Shown: positions 25,141 through 39,016, numbered from the stretch's first letter. The stretch: 64,000 nucleotides of DNA from Felis catus (GCF_018350175.1 NC_058368.1:226426001-226490000), one strand, 5' to 3'. Numbers and translations are program-made. The notes: generated by a model from the letters alone, not told the origin.

Positions 25141-25350
25141 TGCTACCGACTGAACCGTGTCCTCCCCAAATCCGTATGTTGACGTCCTCAGCCTACCTAC
25201 CTCAGACAGGTGACTATATTTGGAGATAAGGTCTGCAAAGTAGTAATTAAGTTAAAATGGGTTCTTAGGGTGGGTGCTAATCCAATATGACTTTATAAGA
25301 AGAGATTAGGACACAGGCACACATTGAGGGAAGACTATGTGAAGACACGA
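25141..25350 (+). mobile_element. MLT1B-like LTR, 5' half only
   Basis: 'tgctaccgactgaaccgtgtcctccccaaatccgtatgttga...tatttggagataagg...ataagaagagattaggacacag...tgtgaagacac', then cut by a SINE. Confidence 0.85.
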
Positions 25351-25371
25351 GTTTATTTATTTATTCTGAGG

Positions 25372-25417
<46 letters not shown>

Positions 25418-25541
25418 CCCAAGTAGGCTCTGTGCTGTCAGTGCAGAGCCTGATGCACGGCTCGATCCCACACCGGGAGATCGTGACTTGAGCCAAAATC
25501 AGGAGTTGGACGCTTAACCAACTGAGCCACCCAGGTGCCCC
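25351..25541 (-). mobile_element. Can-SINE, short tail, no visible TSD
   Basis: (GA)n then 'aatcccaagtaggctc...gagccacccaggtgcccc'. Confidence 0.92.
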
Positions 25542-26559
25542 TCCATATCTACATTTTGTTTGACCATTTATTTGTTATGTCTACTATGTACCAAGAACTA
25601 TGCTAAATGATGAAAATACAGAATAAGTAAGATAGGTCTGTCTGTTGGGTTTTTGAGTTAGGGGGAGAGGGAGGGATTAACAAATATTGATGCAATTTAT
25701 TATTTCACTTCAGTTTCGATACATCACATAAATGAAAAATATAGTGGCAGCTGGACTTTAATCATATATTACAGCTTTCAGTGAACAAATCCAAGGCATA
25801 TAAAATAATGGTGCAAAGAGAGTTTGCAATCATGGTAAATGTTAATGTGTTCAAATCCGTATTCCATGTAATAATGCTTTTTAGTATTAAGGCTGATCAG
25901 TGATTATTATTCAATGGTACATGTTTATTCACCTCCTTAATATGATTTGTGCTGAGAGAGATCTAGAAACAGTAAGCAACAAGAAATACACTTCAATTTA
26001 AAATATATTCCTCTATTATTTTTTGCATAGAATGAAAACAATGGGTCACTATATCTGATTTCATCACTGACATGTATTTGAACAAGAAAATACACGTATT
26101 ATACCAAAACAGACCAGTGTATTTGCTAAACTATCCGACAAAATATTTTCCGTATCCAAAGAAATTCTGGGAATCCACATTGAGAAATGCGTGTTGCACA
26201 TCTGAATGACAAACGTCGTTCATGACACTGGGAAAAAAGGCCAGAATTTGCAGCCCTGGCTGATAAGATATCGTGACACTCGGATACTGTTTCAAACGGC
26301 CATGCTGATATTTCTTCCCTTACGCAAAATAAACATTATTTTCAAGTTAGCTTTTCTCATCTTTTTCACTTCCTTTTTTTCAGTTTAATCAAATAATCCT
26401 GGTCTCTCTTCTCATTTGCTGTAGGCTGGCTTCTCACCGAACGGTTAAAGCTATTTTTTTCTTCAAAATGGTATGAGCTTTCTAGGAGTATAATACATTC
26501 ATATGAATAAGTGATTATTTTAATAATAATATGAGTTCTTTGAGACTCTAGTGATAATG

Positions 26560-26830
26560 ATATGAATGGCTAACAATTATTCAGTGTTCACTGTGTATAA
26601 GGCTCTGTCCTAAAATCTGTACATATCCTCATCAGATATAATCCACATAACAGCCCTATGAAATTGATTCTGTTAGTGGCTTCCTGTTTTCCCTCCCCTC
26701 CCCCCCTTCCCTTTCCCCTCTCCTCTGCTCTCCTTTACTTTTCTTTGGAGTGAATAAATTTCAGGGAGGGTAAGCAATTAGGATTCCAATCCAGATCCCA
26801 AGCTCTACACTACCACGATCACTGCTTGAT
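26560..26830 (-). mobile_element. MIR
   Basis: 'ggctaacaattattcagtgttcactgtgtataaggctctgtcctaaa...aatccacataacagccctatgaa'. Confidence 0.6.
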
Positions 26831-27052
26831 AAAATCAGAGGAAGCTATCTGAAAGCACTGAAGGACTCCACAGGTAAATCTGAAGTTCAGCATTCAAATA
26901 ACCATCTGCGTAAACCATCCAGAAAATACGCGTTCACCATCTTGCTTTAGAATATGCAATCATACAGATGTTCATGATAGAGAAACACTGAAACACGACA
27001 TATGTGTGAAGTTAGGCAACTTCACATGATGACCATTATGTGTTGCCCACTA

Positions 27053-27057
<5 letters not shown>

Positions 27058-27101
<44 letters not shown>
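27058..27101. repeat. (TA)n microsatellite
   Basis: Perfect TA run of about 22 units. Confidence 0.97.
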
Positions 27102-27103
<2 letters not shown>

Positions 27104-28964
27104 CTGCACATTAAATCCACAGCAGTGGTTTAACGTTAAGGGAGAGCAATTCCTGTTGTGAGTATTACCTAAGGAACACAGCTGGGATTTGGATGGTTTG
27201 TTGGGTGAAAATAATAATCAGTTGTCTTCAGAAATCTAGGCTGGGCAAAATGAGATGGTTAATGCAAGCAGACTTTTAAAGAGCAGCCCACATGAATTCT
27301 GAGCGGCAGTGGTGAAAAGAACAAAATACACCTACACAAGCTCACGAGCTATGCTGTAATTAGGTTCCACACTCTGAGTCCCTACTAAGTGTCAGGAACC
27401 GTCCAAGCACTGGTGACGCAGTACAGGACAAAACAACGCAAGCCCTTGCTCACGTGGAGCAGCTCGGCTTTCACTCGTGGGAGACACTCAGGGGAGGGGG
27501 CCGCCACTGGGAACCGGCCACTTGGGGCAAATCTCTCTCATATCATAATTTATCAACCTGTAATTGTTTCTTCGTGTTGGGGAAGAGAATGGGGCTATAT
27601 GGCTATGTCTCGTCCATCTTTATTCTCAGGGCCCAGCCCGCCATCTTTCCCTGTAACAGTTACTGAAGGATGGGAGCCAAGAGACCAGCCACACACTGTG
27701 GGAGACGCGTGGCCACGCCCACGGAATCAGTGGAAGATGAGGGAGGGGCGAGTCCAGGCTGAGGATGAGGAAGGCGCTCTGGGAAAGTGTTACCATTGAC
27801 CACCAGAAGTCCATGGCTGGATATGGAAAGATTTACCACAGAAAACACATTTTCAACCAATTCAGGAGTCCGTCTCATTCCACTTAAACACAAAGAGAGA
27901 TGCGTGTAAACGGGACACTTGGCCTAGAGTTCTTCAGAATTTGAGGCGACACCGAGAAAGACAATGAAGGGAATCTAAAGAAAAAGGCCTGTGGCCAACT
28001 CAACAGGAAGCAGGCAAGGGGTTAGATCACGTCCAAACACATATTTCAGCTTATTTGGAAAAAAAGAAAATAATAAATTATCCGGTCCTCAGGCGTGTGT
28101 GAGAAATTTCCAGCACAGATGTGCCCCCTGCTGCTGACAGACCTGGAAAGGCTGTCTTGTCTCAAGTGCCAAATCCTGGGCTTGCTCACAGGGAGACCCA
28201 GCGGTCAGTCAGAGCCCCCTGTAACTTTCGGTCTTTGCTTTCTGAGCCGAGGATGGAACAGTGTGAGCTCTGGACGACCTGTGAGTTCAGAGTCCAGGGC
28301 AATGTAATGTCACGCAAAACCACGTAATGTTGATTTGCCCATTCACACTCAGGCGTTACTACCAACCACAGGCCAAACTACCAGCCCTGAATGCTTCTGG
28401 GGGCGCCTCACTGCTAGAAACCTGCGTATTTGGCGATCATAAGGAAGAAGTGCTCCTTCTAGAAAGAGCGCTTGAGAATAGGAAGCTCAGTTTATGACAC
28501 CTTCCTTAGAAACGCAAAAGAAAAACAAGTGTTGGAGGCAAAGTAAATACCTAGCTGGGGGAATTGGATTAAAACCAATTTGCATCTTAATGGTCTAATT
28601 TGGAATCCTGAACATTTAGTACTATCAGAAAACTCCATTTAAACACTCTGACCTGCATTTTATCAGCATGTGCTAAATGTCACCCACTGGTAACTACAGC
28701 TGCTTTCTCCTGTCCAGACTGAGGGGACTACTTCCGGCTTCTCTAGGTTCGGCCCGGGGGTTGCTGGGAACACAGTTCTTCTCTCTCTGTGCCCTGTCCT
28801 GCCCAGCAGGACGGCTGAGAGTAGGCTGAAGCTTGGTGGGGGAGTGGGGCAGGGGCTCTCTAAAGGCTGGGTGGCCCATACCCTTATGCCAACTTGGTCA
28901 AAATGATCACCTTTTGCTTCTCATTATAACATATGCACTCTTTACTGTTTAGAAATGCAGTCAT

Positions 28965-29179
28965 GGGGCGTCTGGGTGGCTCAGTTGGTTAAGTGCCTGA
29001 CTTTTGATTTTGGCTCAGGTTATGATCTCATGGTTCATGGGTTTGAGTCCCATGTCGGGCTCTGTGCTGGCAGTGCAGGGCCTGCTTGGGATTCTCTTCT
29101 CTCCCCCTCTCTCTCTAACCTTCCCCAGCTCACACTTGCTCTATCTCAAAATAAATAAATGTTAAAAAAAAAAAAAAAA
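28965..29179 (+). mobile_element. Can-SINE
   Basis: TSD agaaatgcagtcat; long poly-A. Confidence 0.95.
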
Positions 29180-29452
29180 AGAAATGCAGTCATGACATAG
29201 ATTTAGAAATGGAAGATGCCTCAAAGGAGAGTACACATTTGACAGATGGGCATCTTTGGTCCAGACAGGTGGAGGGGAAGCCACATAGCCAGTCGCTGTC
29301 CACCTCTGCCACTTGTCCAAGAAGAAAGCGGCTCCCAGGCACGTGCGGGCCCCCACTCTCTTTAGCTAAAGTATTTGAGAGACAACACTTACCAACCTGT
29401 GATTTGTCCGGTTGGCCCCATAAATCTCTGCTGGGTTAATCCTCCCAAAGAA

Positions 29453-29589
29453 TAGGGTGATCATATATCCAAGTTTCCTGGGAAGAGTCCTGTTTTATAC
29501 CTAATGTCCCGACCTGACCTGATAATTATCACAATATCCACATGCTCAAATGAGACCCAGTAAGGAAGATTAACCACGGGGCTATCCTA
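29453..29589. mobile_element. MER94/MER81-like hAT-Blackjack MITE
   Basis: 'tagggtgatcatatatccaagtttcctgggaagagtcctgttttatacc...gtcccga...taattat...gctatccta'. Confidence 0.7.
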
Positions 29590-29839
29590 ATGTCGCTTCT
29601 CGACTCAAAGTCTTTCAACTCCTTCCCATCCATTGCCAACCCCCGAATTTTTCAAACTGGTTTGAAATAGTTATTTATTTTTAAGTTATTCACATTATTT
29701 TCCCCCTCAGGCTATGCCAGAGATTTATTTTTGTTCTGCATTTATATTTGTCAAAGCTAATTTAAACAGATACATGGGAAGGTAATTTTGAGATGCATCA
29801 TCCACAAATCAACATGGTAAGTGTGAGTGTTTGTGGAGT

Positions 29840-29875
29840 TAATTTTTCTATTTTGACTAATTTTTCTATTTTGAC
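29840..29875. repeat. Perfect 18-bp tandem duplication
   Basis: taatttttctattttgac twice. Confidence 0.9.
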
Positions 29876-30295
29876 AAGCACAAAAGTGTCAGACTTTACA
29901 TTATTTTGGAGCAGAAAAACAACTAGCTTATGTAGCCTATACACAAGCAAGCTGCAGAATTATTGGAACAAATTAAACAGGTTTATTTTTAAGTTTTAAG
30001 TATTTCTCTTAAACTGTTCAATCTGTTAAGTGAAGTCACTTTGCTTTTCTTGGGTCTCCGTTACCATACCTCTCTAGACGCTGGAATTGGATCAGACCCT
30101 CTGGAAGGACTTTATTACTTGTAAATTTGATTCTGTGATGATGAGGTTTTTTTAAGCAGGTCAACTTGAGAAACAAACTTAAGGAGTGATAGGACCAAGC
30201 TTTACTTTTCTTGCTTTACTCAAAGCCTAAAAAAGGAAGAGAAGTTTTTTGTTTTATTTTTTATCTCCTTCAATACACTGATTTAAAATAAATTA

Positions 30296-30420
30296 GGGCA
30301 CCTGGGTGGCTCAGTTGGTTAAGCACCATACTCTTGATTTCAGCTCAGGTCATGATCTCATGGTTTGCGGGTTTGAGCCCTGTGTTAGGCTCTGCACTGA
30401 CATCACGAAACCAGCTTGGG

Positions 30421-30464
<44 letters not shown>

Positions 30465-30510
30465 CCTCCCCCCACCCCCTGTCTCAAAATAAAAAAATAA
30501 GCATTAAAAA
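30296..30510 (+). mobile_element. Can-SINE
   Basis: Head, long (CT)n, A tail; TSD aaaataaatta. Confidence 0.94.
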
Positions 30511-31114
30511 ATAAATTAACAAAGTGAAGAAATCTATTTTATATGCCCAGAAGCTGAATAATTAGGTAATGCCATCAAATACTTAAGTTAGCATAAAGAT
30601 CTTAGCTTTCTGTTTAAAACCGTATGATTAATCTTTTTTTTTTTTTTTTCTGAATGGATTATTTTTCTCCTGAGAGTGATTATAGCTGATACTCAGTGAC
30701 CTTAGGGGTTGAATAGGACCTCTGGGGCCCTATGTTGACTACTTTTAAAACACCTCAATGGCTATGGTGATATAGTTGCCCAAAGAATTTTGTAACTAGA
30801 TCATTATATGAACCCACATTATAGACATGGCTCTTAAACAGATCTTAAGTTCAATCCATAAAAACCTTAAAATCCATAAAAATGAAAAAGTTATGGCTTA
30901 ATACAACATACTACTATATATGACATGATATTTCATTATAACTTCAGATTGTGGAGTATTTGTAGTTACCAAATTCAAAGACTGTGGATTTCCATTTGGA
31001 AGAGTGCACTTTCCGCATCTAAGGGGAGACATCGTCCTTCTCACTGGCCTGTAGATGGTAAGCCATTGTGTGGATTCAGAACAATATGCTTCTCTATTCT
31101 AGTCTCTGTGTAGT

Positions 31115-31481
31115 TGGTGTGGGTTGCGTTGGGTCCCTCCAACATTCATATACTTGAATTCCTAACCCCTAGTACCTCAGAATGTGCCTGTATTTGCAGA
31201 TCCCTGAGTCTTTCAAGAGATGATTAAGTGAAAACGAGGTCCCCACTCAGTATGACTGGTGTGCTCATAAGAAGAGAAAATAAGGACACAGACACATGAT
31301 GTGACGACACAGGAGAAGCTGGCCATCTTTAAGCCAAGGAGAGAGGCCTCAGAAAAAACTAATCCTGCTGATAGCTTGATCTTAGACTCCCAGCTTCCAG
31401 AATTGTGAGAAACTACATTGCTCTTAATTAAGGCACCCCAGTCTGTGGTGCTTTGGCATGGTAACCCAACAAACTAATACA
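31115..31481 (+). mobile_element. MLT1B solo LTR
   Basis: 'cctaacccctagtacctcagaatgtg', 'aagccaaggagagaggcctcagaa', 'ttccagaattgtgagaaa', ends 'aaactaataca'. Confidence 0.9.
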
Positions 31482-32509
31482 ACAGACAACTTTTAAAATT
31501 TTATTTTAAATGTGGAACAGTAAGAATGCAATGAAAAGAAACTGCCAAAAAATAGTCTCGTGTTAACAAAAGATATTGAAGAATAAAATCAATTATTTTA
31601 ATATTTGGGTGAAAAGGGACAGTCGCAAATACTTATAAGTGAGGGCAAGAATCGTGTGACAACCTCTTTCAGAAAGGGGTAATTACTATGCTAGTGCAGC
31701 GGTTGGACTGTTCCTTCTTTGTATGACATAAAGGATGTGTATGGAATGTTCTGGTGGACTACTGTGGAATGTCCAAAGCCTGTCTTTCAAACATGGGAGT
31801 TTCCACTGTGTCACCCCCTGCACATCTACTGGGGTGCCTGCCCCTACCACAGTGTCCCTGTACTGCTCAAGGGAAGAGTCTGTGGATGCAAGTAATGAAG
31901 TGAGATGTAGGAGCAAGGAGAATAGATGTTATGAAAATTTTTCTTCTTTTTAATTTCAAAGTAGAGCCTTTGGAGAAAGGTGGAAGTCATGCAATGAATT
32001 TTCCCATCTGGAGTTGCAATGAAAGGTGACAAATCTTGAGACATTGGGATTATAGAGAAAGAGAGGAGAGGGAGGGGGAAGATGGAGGGAGAGCCATCAA
32101 GAGAGAAATATGAGGAGAGGAGAATATTTAATTGGGCATAACATGCAATTTCAATCCCCAAATTCAATGTGAAACTTATGGCAAGATAATCAATGCTTAG
32201 ATTTGTACAAAGTGACACAGGTTCCCTCAATCATTCATTTGCTACACATTTCCTCTTCTTTTTCTTCTGTTTAAATGCAAGGAGAAGATAATGCTGTATC
32301 CAAGAAGAGGACAGAGTGATTACAGGAAATACTGAAGTCGGTTTTACCTGATTGAAACTCATTGTTACGTAGACAGTATCTATGAGACCAGGGGATCCAG
32401 GCTCTACCTGTGGTATATTTGGGGGTAAAATGTTGGTCAAACATTTTTAGGAGGCTGGTTTCCAAGGTCTGAGCATCGAACTGCTAGAAAGCAGCCAGTC
32501 CACAGATGG

Positions 32510-32990
32510 CCATCAGGTGCCCACTATGGTGATGTGCGCATTGAGGCGCTGAGGACACAGGAAATCCTGGATGATGTCCACATCTTCAAGGATCTCACTT
32601 TCTCTCAAAGAGGGACAAATCAACATGAAGTCCACCCACAAATTTTAAAACGTATGATTTCAGATGCAGGTAAGTGCAAAGAAGAAAACATGCGGGGCCA
32701 TCCGGTGAAGAACGTGAGACCACAGAGACCCCCCTGGGCCATGCGGGAGAGCATGGATTTTACCCAAATTTGATTCAGTGTTAAGCAGGGACTTGACATG
32801 ATCTGGCTATGCTCTATCATCACTCTCATTGCTGTTTGGGGTAACAACAGGGAGAGGGCTATCCAAAGAAGGGATGAGAGGACATCAGAATGGACATGGG
32901 GAGAAGTACTCAGATTCAAGGTGGTTTTGGAGGTGGAGCCACTGCACGTGTTGATGAACTGAACGTGGGTACGAGGGAAAGGTGGGAACT
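32510..32990 (-). mobile_element. L2 fragment
   Basis: 'atgatttcagatgcaggtaagtgcaaagaagaaaa', 'ttaagcagggacttgacatgatctgg', 'gttttggaggtggagcc'. Confidence 0.7.
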
Positions 32991-33696
32991 GGGGAAATCT
33001 AACCACATGTGTAGACTCCTGCCATCTTGACAGCTTCCTTTTTTCTGCCAAAGTGAAGAACACTCCATTAGGCTAAGCCTTGTTAACTTGAAGTCCCCAG
33101 CATCTGGGACTTTCATGGATAGAAGGGAGATAAATACACTCTTTCAGGAAGTTCAACACACGCAGTAGAGTATTACTAACCACGCTGGCAAACTAGCCCC
33201 CTGTAGAAATATGGAAAGAGGTTACTACATTGACCATTTGGGCTTAGAATCTTCTCCACTGTGAAAAAGATACAGTAAGGGATATCTTTGGAGAAGACAG
33301 ACAAAAGTAGACCACCCCTCTCCCACCTTGATCCACACACACCCCAACCCCTCTTTGCAGTGCCAGAAAAGATTATTTAAAAATTCTGGCTGGCTTCGGA
33401 GTTTGTTTTCCTTAGATAGCAAGGTGCAGGATTCTATTCCTTGATACATAAAACCTACATAGAAGACAGCTTTTTACAAAAGAAATGGTGTGTCTTATAT
33501 TTTCTTATCAAAATGAAAGCGACACTTTTGGCCCATGATGTTCTTTATTATATGCCATTTACAATTAGTTTTCCATTTAAAGTTGGTTATAGATGTGCCT
33601 TGCTCTGTAGTACTTTAAAGTATAGTCATCCTATGGCCTTAACCTTTAACTGACTACTATCCTTTCTTCTAGTAACTAGAAGTGGCTTAAATTCCT

Positions 33697-33986
33697 TATG
33701 ATGGTTAGTTTTATATGTCAACCTACCTAGGCTATAGTACTCAGGTACCACTGTGAGGGTATTCTGTAGATTTGGTTAACAAAGATGGGCTGTTCTCCAA
33801 ACAGTTGAAGGTGGAAACAAGCAAAACAATGAGGTTTCCCTGAAAAGAAAAGGTCTGTTGCATCAACTCCTGCCTGAGTTAGCAGCCTGTTGGCCTGCTC
33901 TATGGATTTTAGACTTGCCAACCCCTACAATCCCATAGGCCAATTCCTTAAAACTAATGGCTCTCCTCTGTTTCTCTCATTCTTTC

Positions 33987-34036
<50 letters not shown>

Positions 34037-34104
34037 TTTGGTTATGTGTGCATATAAACAGAGTTCCACTGGTTCTATTCCTCTGGAGAGCCATGGCTGA
34101 CACA
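33697..34104 (+). mobile_element. MLT2 (ERVL) solo LTR with internal (CA)n
   Basis: Starts 'tatgatggttagttttatatgtcaac', ends 'ctggttctattcctctggagagccatggctgacaca'; 5-bp TSD ttcct (33692-33696 / 34105-34109). Confidence 0.9.
33992..34033. repeat. (CA)n microsatellite
   Basis: Perfect CA run of about 21 units inside the MLT2 LTR. Confidence 0.95.
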
Positions 34105-34486
34105 TTCCTGAAAACATTTGCTTGCACGTGCACCTGCTGATGAGGCCAATTTGACCAAACTGGAGGTTTGGAGGCAGGGCCTGCTGAAGAGACTGGCCTC
34201 AGGACCTTCGTAAAATTCTGCAACACCCAGAATGTGGCTCCTTCAAATACCGTGGTCCATGGATGCCAGAGTATGTTTAGATAAGGCCTCGCCAGTCTGC
34301 CTTCAGCACTCACTGGTCATTGGTAAGAAGACTTCACCTTCCTGGGTTATCACTTCCTGGCCCACAAATTAAGAATAAAATTATCTGCCTCTTCAGTTTG
34401 TCGTGAAGATTAAGTGAAATGATTACACCATGTTCCTGGCCTGCAGGGAACTCAATCAATATTAGTTTCCACTCCCTTCTCATTCA

Positions 34487-34691
34487 TTTTTGTAAATGTT
34501 TATTTATTTTTGAGAGAGAGAGAGAGAGAGAGTGCAAGCAGGGAGGGGCAGAGAGAGGCGGGGACAGGGGATCCAAAGCAGACTCTGTGTCTACAGCAGG
34601 GAGCCTGACGCAGGCCTCAAACTCGTGAACCCCGAGATCATGACCTGAGCGGAAGTCAGATGCTGAACCACCTGAGCCACCCGGGCACCCC
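34487..34691 (-). mobile_element. Can-SINE
   Basis: Full SINEC on the reverse strand. Confidence 0.93.
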
Positions 34692-34969
34692 ATCCCCCCA
34701 ACCCCAACTCATTTTTTTAGGGTTGGTTTCCTCCTTTCAGGAATTGTCTGTACTGATTAGGCCTGTGTGTTATTTGCTTAATAGAAATTTATTACTTTCT
34801 GTGTTTTGTTTCCAATTTATGAAGACAACAGGTGCAGTCTGTGTAGCTTTACCTTCTGTAACACTGTCCTCACCTCTGCTTCTTTTGGATCATGTCTCCC
34901 TTCATCGGTAACCAAGAAGCAAGATGAATCTTAGGATGTGACACCTATCGCAGAAAGGTGTGGATTCCT

Positions 34970-35191
34970 GGGGTGCCTGGGTGGCTCAGTCGGTTAAGCA
35001 TCTGACTTCCGCTCAGGTCAGGATGTCACAGTTAGTGAGTTCGAGCCCCGCATCGGGCTCTCTGCTGACAGCTCAGAGCCTGGAGCCTGCTTCCGATTCT
35101 GTGTCTCCCTCTCCCTCTGCCCCTCCCCTGCTCATGCTCTGTCTCTCTCTGTCTCAAAAATAAATAAAAACAGTAAAAATTTTTTTTGAAA
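34970..35191 (+). mobile_element. Can-SINE
   Basis: TSD gaaaggtgtggattcct / gaaaagtgtggattcct. Confidence 0.95.
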
Positions 35192-35261
35192 GAAAAGTGT
35201 GGATTCCTACCATCCACCAGTCACCAACGTCCACACGGCTCATCGCATAGTGAAAAAAAAA

Positions 35262-36437
35262 ATCTTCTTTTGCTACCTTTCCTCCCAGCTTTATGGAGAT
35301 GTCATGGACACATAACACTGTATACATTTAAGTTGTACAACGTGTTGATTGGATACACTGCTATATTGCAAAATGATTACCACCACAGTGTTAGCTAACA
35401 CCTGCATCTCATGACATAACTGCCCTTTCTTTTTTGTGATGAGAACATTTAAGGGCTATTCTCTTAGCAACTTTCAAGTAGACAATACAGTATTATTATC
35501 TATATAAGATGACATATATCACATCCCCAGAACTTACTCATTTTATAACTGCACATTTGTACACTTTGACCAATCTCTCTCCATTTCCCTCACCCTCGAC
35601 CCCTAGTAACCAACAGTCTAGTTTTAGATTCCACATATAAGTGATATCACACAGTATTTGTTTTTCTCTGTTTGACTTATTTCACTTAAGGGTAATAAAT
35701 ACATTTAAGGTCCATCCATGTTGTTGTAAATGGCTAGATGTCCTTTCTCATGGCGGAATTAAATCCCATCATATATATTTACCACATCTTTACCTATTTA
35801 CCAATCGATACATAGGTAGTTTCCATATCTTAGCTACTATGAAAAATGCTTCAATGAATACGAAAGTGCAGATATCTCTTTGAGATCCTATATTTTTCTT
35901 CTTCTTCTTTTTTTTTTTTTTACATATACCCAGAGGTGGGATTGTGGGATCATATGGTAATTCTATTTTAATTTTGTGAGTAACCTCCATACTATTTTCC
36001 ACAGTGGCTGTGCCAATTTACGTTCTCACCAACAGTATAGAAAGGATTCCTTTTTCTCCACATCCTAACACTTATCTCTTGTCATTTTGATGACAGTCAT
36101 TCCAACAGGTGTGAGGTATTACTCATTATGTATTTGATTCGCATTTTCCTGATGACTAGTGATGTCACGCACATTTTCATATACCTGTTGGCCATTTGTA
36201 TGTCTTCTTTGGAAAAATGTCTATTCAGGTATTTTGCCCAGTTATAAATCAGACTGTATTTTAGCTATTGAATTGTGTAAGTTCATTATATACTTTGAAT
36301 ATTAACCCTTATCACATTTATGTTTTCCAAATATTTTCTTCCATTCACTAGGTTGCCTTTTCATTTTGTTGATAGTTTCCTCTGCAGTGCTGAAGCTTTT
36401 TAATTTAATGTAATCCTACTTGTTGATATTTGGGGTT
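35262..36437 (-). mobile_element. L1 (L1MA9/L1_Carn-like) 3' UTR plus ORF2 C-terminal remnant
   Basis: ORF 35790-36002(-) 'IELPYDPTIPPLGI...DICTFVFIEAFFIVAKIWKLP' matches the L1 ORF2 C-terminus; 3' UTR 'ctcttagcaactttcaagtagacaatacagtattatt'. Confidence 0.92.
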
Positions 36438-36674
36438 TTTTTCCCTTTCTCTTAATATTCAGTATGACGGCACCTCCCTCAAAACCAATATACTCTGTTT
36501 TATTGTGTGTTCATCCCCCTATTTCAATGAAGGTACAAAAATCAATAAGGTGTTAGTGAAATGTTTTTTTTTTCTCAGTGCCAGACAGAACCCTTCCCCA
36601 TATCTTTGTTTCCCAACTGACTCAAAAAGAATCTTTCTCAAAGATTGTTGTATAATGGCTAGTAATTAAACAAA

Positions 36675-36677
<3 letters not shown>

Positions 36678-36711
<34 letters not shown>
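36678..36711. repeat. (CA)n microsatellite
   Basis: Perfect AC run. Confidence 0.95.
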
Positions 36712-36713
<2 letters not shown>

Positions 36714-37064
36714 AAAGAACACTATGACAGTATGTGACTTTAATTGCTGAGAGTGATATTCGGAAGGAAATATTTTGCCCTGGTTAAAGCTGGTCACCTT
36801 TCTCACGACCCACCAATAAAACCCCAAGATGGCCTGTTTCGCCAAGAGAATGGAATGGACCTTCTAGAGACCTGATGCCAATCTGTGTAAGTTCTCTGTG
36901 ATGATGCACTGAACACTTTTCCTCAAGCCTCTTAGACACTGTCAGCATTGTGACCTTCCCCCCCACCCCCACCCAAGAGGGTCTGGGGAGCTGTGGAAAA
37001 AGACCTTTACCGCAGTTCCAGTGGGAATCAGATACAGGCACACACTCTTCCTTGATCAGCCTAG

Positions 37065-37285
37065 GCCTCGCTAGTTACTCCTTTTCCCATCTTCCCACAG
37101 AGCTTTATAGTGAACCATGGCTTACATTGTACCATGCATTGCACCTATGACAGAGCACTGATATTGTGTATTTAGACTGATGTCTCCTCGGTTACATGGG
37201 ACACTCTGCTGGGCAGAGTGCATTCAACTGCCTGGCCAATGCTGAGGATGTGTGGTCCATTCTCTGCTTATCATATGAATGAGTC
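37065..37285 (+). mobile_element. L2 3' fragment
   Basis: 'cacctatgacagagcactgatattgtgtatttagactgatgtctcctcgg...ctgggcagag...atgaatgag'. Confidence 0.5.
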
Positions 37286-39016
37286 CTACATACGAGGGAT
37301 TCTCAGTTAGTAGGAAAAGGCGTGATTACCTGCAATAAAGTCCGGCAAAATGGACTGCCTCGGTGCACCACGTGGCACCACAAAAGGCCCGTGGGCCGTG
37401 ATTCAGTCTAGCTCAGAATCCTCACGCGCAGAAAGGGAACTTCATCTCCCCCGAGGTGACCAGGTAGGGCCAGAGGTGAAAATGTATCAACAGCTCTGAC
37501 CTGACCATGTCAACCACGTTCTTTCAGAAGAGCGGGCATCTGCCAGACCTTCATGATTCTAGCGCGGGAGAGAGCGCCGAGGAGGCACTTGCTCAACTTG
37601 CTGTTGTTGGTTTTGTTTCCATTTAAAAAGTATTTTAGCTTAATTTTTTGAGCAGGTAAGCAATTCGCAGACATCATAAGTGCAAGAAAACCAACACACA
37701 TGGCAAAAAGCCTCCTCCAACTCCCTCTCCCGTCTGCTCAGCACACTGTTCCCCCCATCACCCCTGCTACCAGGTTTTGTGAATTTAAAGACTTTTTACG
37801 TATGCATATACGCACATAAATTCTTATTCCCCCCCCTTTTTAAAAAAATGGTACTTAGTCATAAAAAAAGTTAATTCATCAGTGCCGAAGGAAGTCTAGA
37901 ACAATGTGGAGAAACCATAAGATTCATGAACGGAAGAAATTAAATTGACCCACAGGAAAAGGGGAACTGGAAGCAAGGCGAAGCAAAGAGTGCTCAAGTG
38001 GTTTTTATTTGCTCCTCCATCATCCTTGAGCAAAGGAGAGGCTCCATTCCACAGTGTGAAGGGTCTTGGCAAGTCCTGTGGGTAGTCTGTGTGCAACAAG
38101 ACACACGTTTTGGTCATCAGGCTTTACAAATAAGTTTCGCGTCTGCCAGGAACAGAACATGGAGAACAATAGCAGACTGCGTGGTGTGCTATAGCTTGTG
38201 GTCAGAAGAATTACGTGACATGGCACCAGTACTCTTAAGATGATGGCCATCTTGTCTTATTCTCCATCTCAGAGTACGAGATATATATGTATCTCTTTCT
38301 GTCATCTGGGCTATATTAATGGAGAAATGGGGGAGGAACCACAACAATTATCTGGAAAATTAGGTGGAAAAATCCAAATGACTCTCCCCCGGAAGGTCCA
38401 GGCAAATCTAAAAGCCAGTATTTCCTATGACTGAGAGGACTCCAACTTTCAGAACATAAAACCGCTTTTATAGGGGCATAAAGTTACGTTTTTAAAAGCA
38501 CAGGCATCAAGAATCTCTTGCTGAATCGCAGGCTTTTACTAAGATCTGTTCTAATTGCTTTCACTGAAACCTGCATCAGTTCAAATAACACTGATTTTAG
38601 ATCAAGGCTGCAATGCTGCACATATTGAACAAGATATGTCACCATGAGCCTATTTTAACTGCCATTACCACGGTTCAGGGCCAAGCGGAACAGCCACATA
38701 TGGTTGTACCCTGCCAGACGTTGGGCCAGGGGTCCACCACTCAGTGAGCTATGGCCTAGGGAGTAAGGCCACATCAGTCCAGGGGAGGGGGAGCCCATCT
38801 CTCGCTGGCCACCAAAAGGAGTACCTTCTTGGAACTCTCACAAAGTTCGCATGTTCTAGCTCAGGCCTAGAGCCAAGCACCTGCAAACGACCAGCAGCAA
38901 GAGGCGTCATCAACATCAATGCTTATATGGGAGCCCACACACCAGATTCACCCGGGGTGGCCCTGCATCAGACCTGTTGATTCGGCTTCATTATTACTAA
39001 TGCTGCTTTCACTCTT

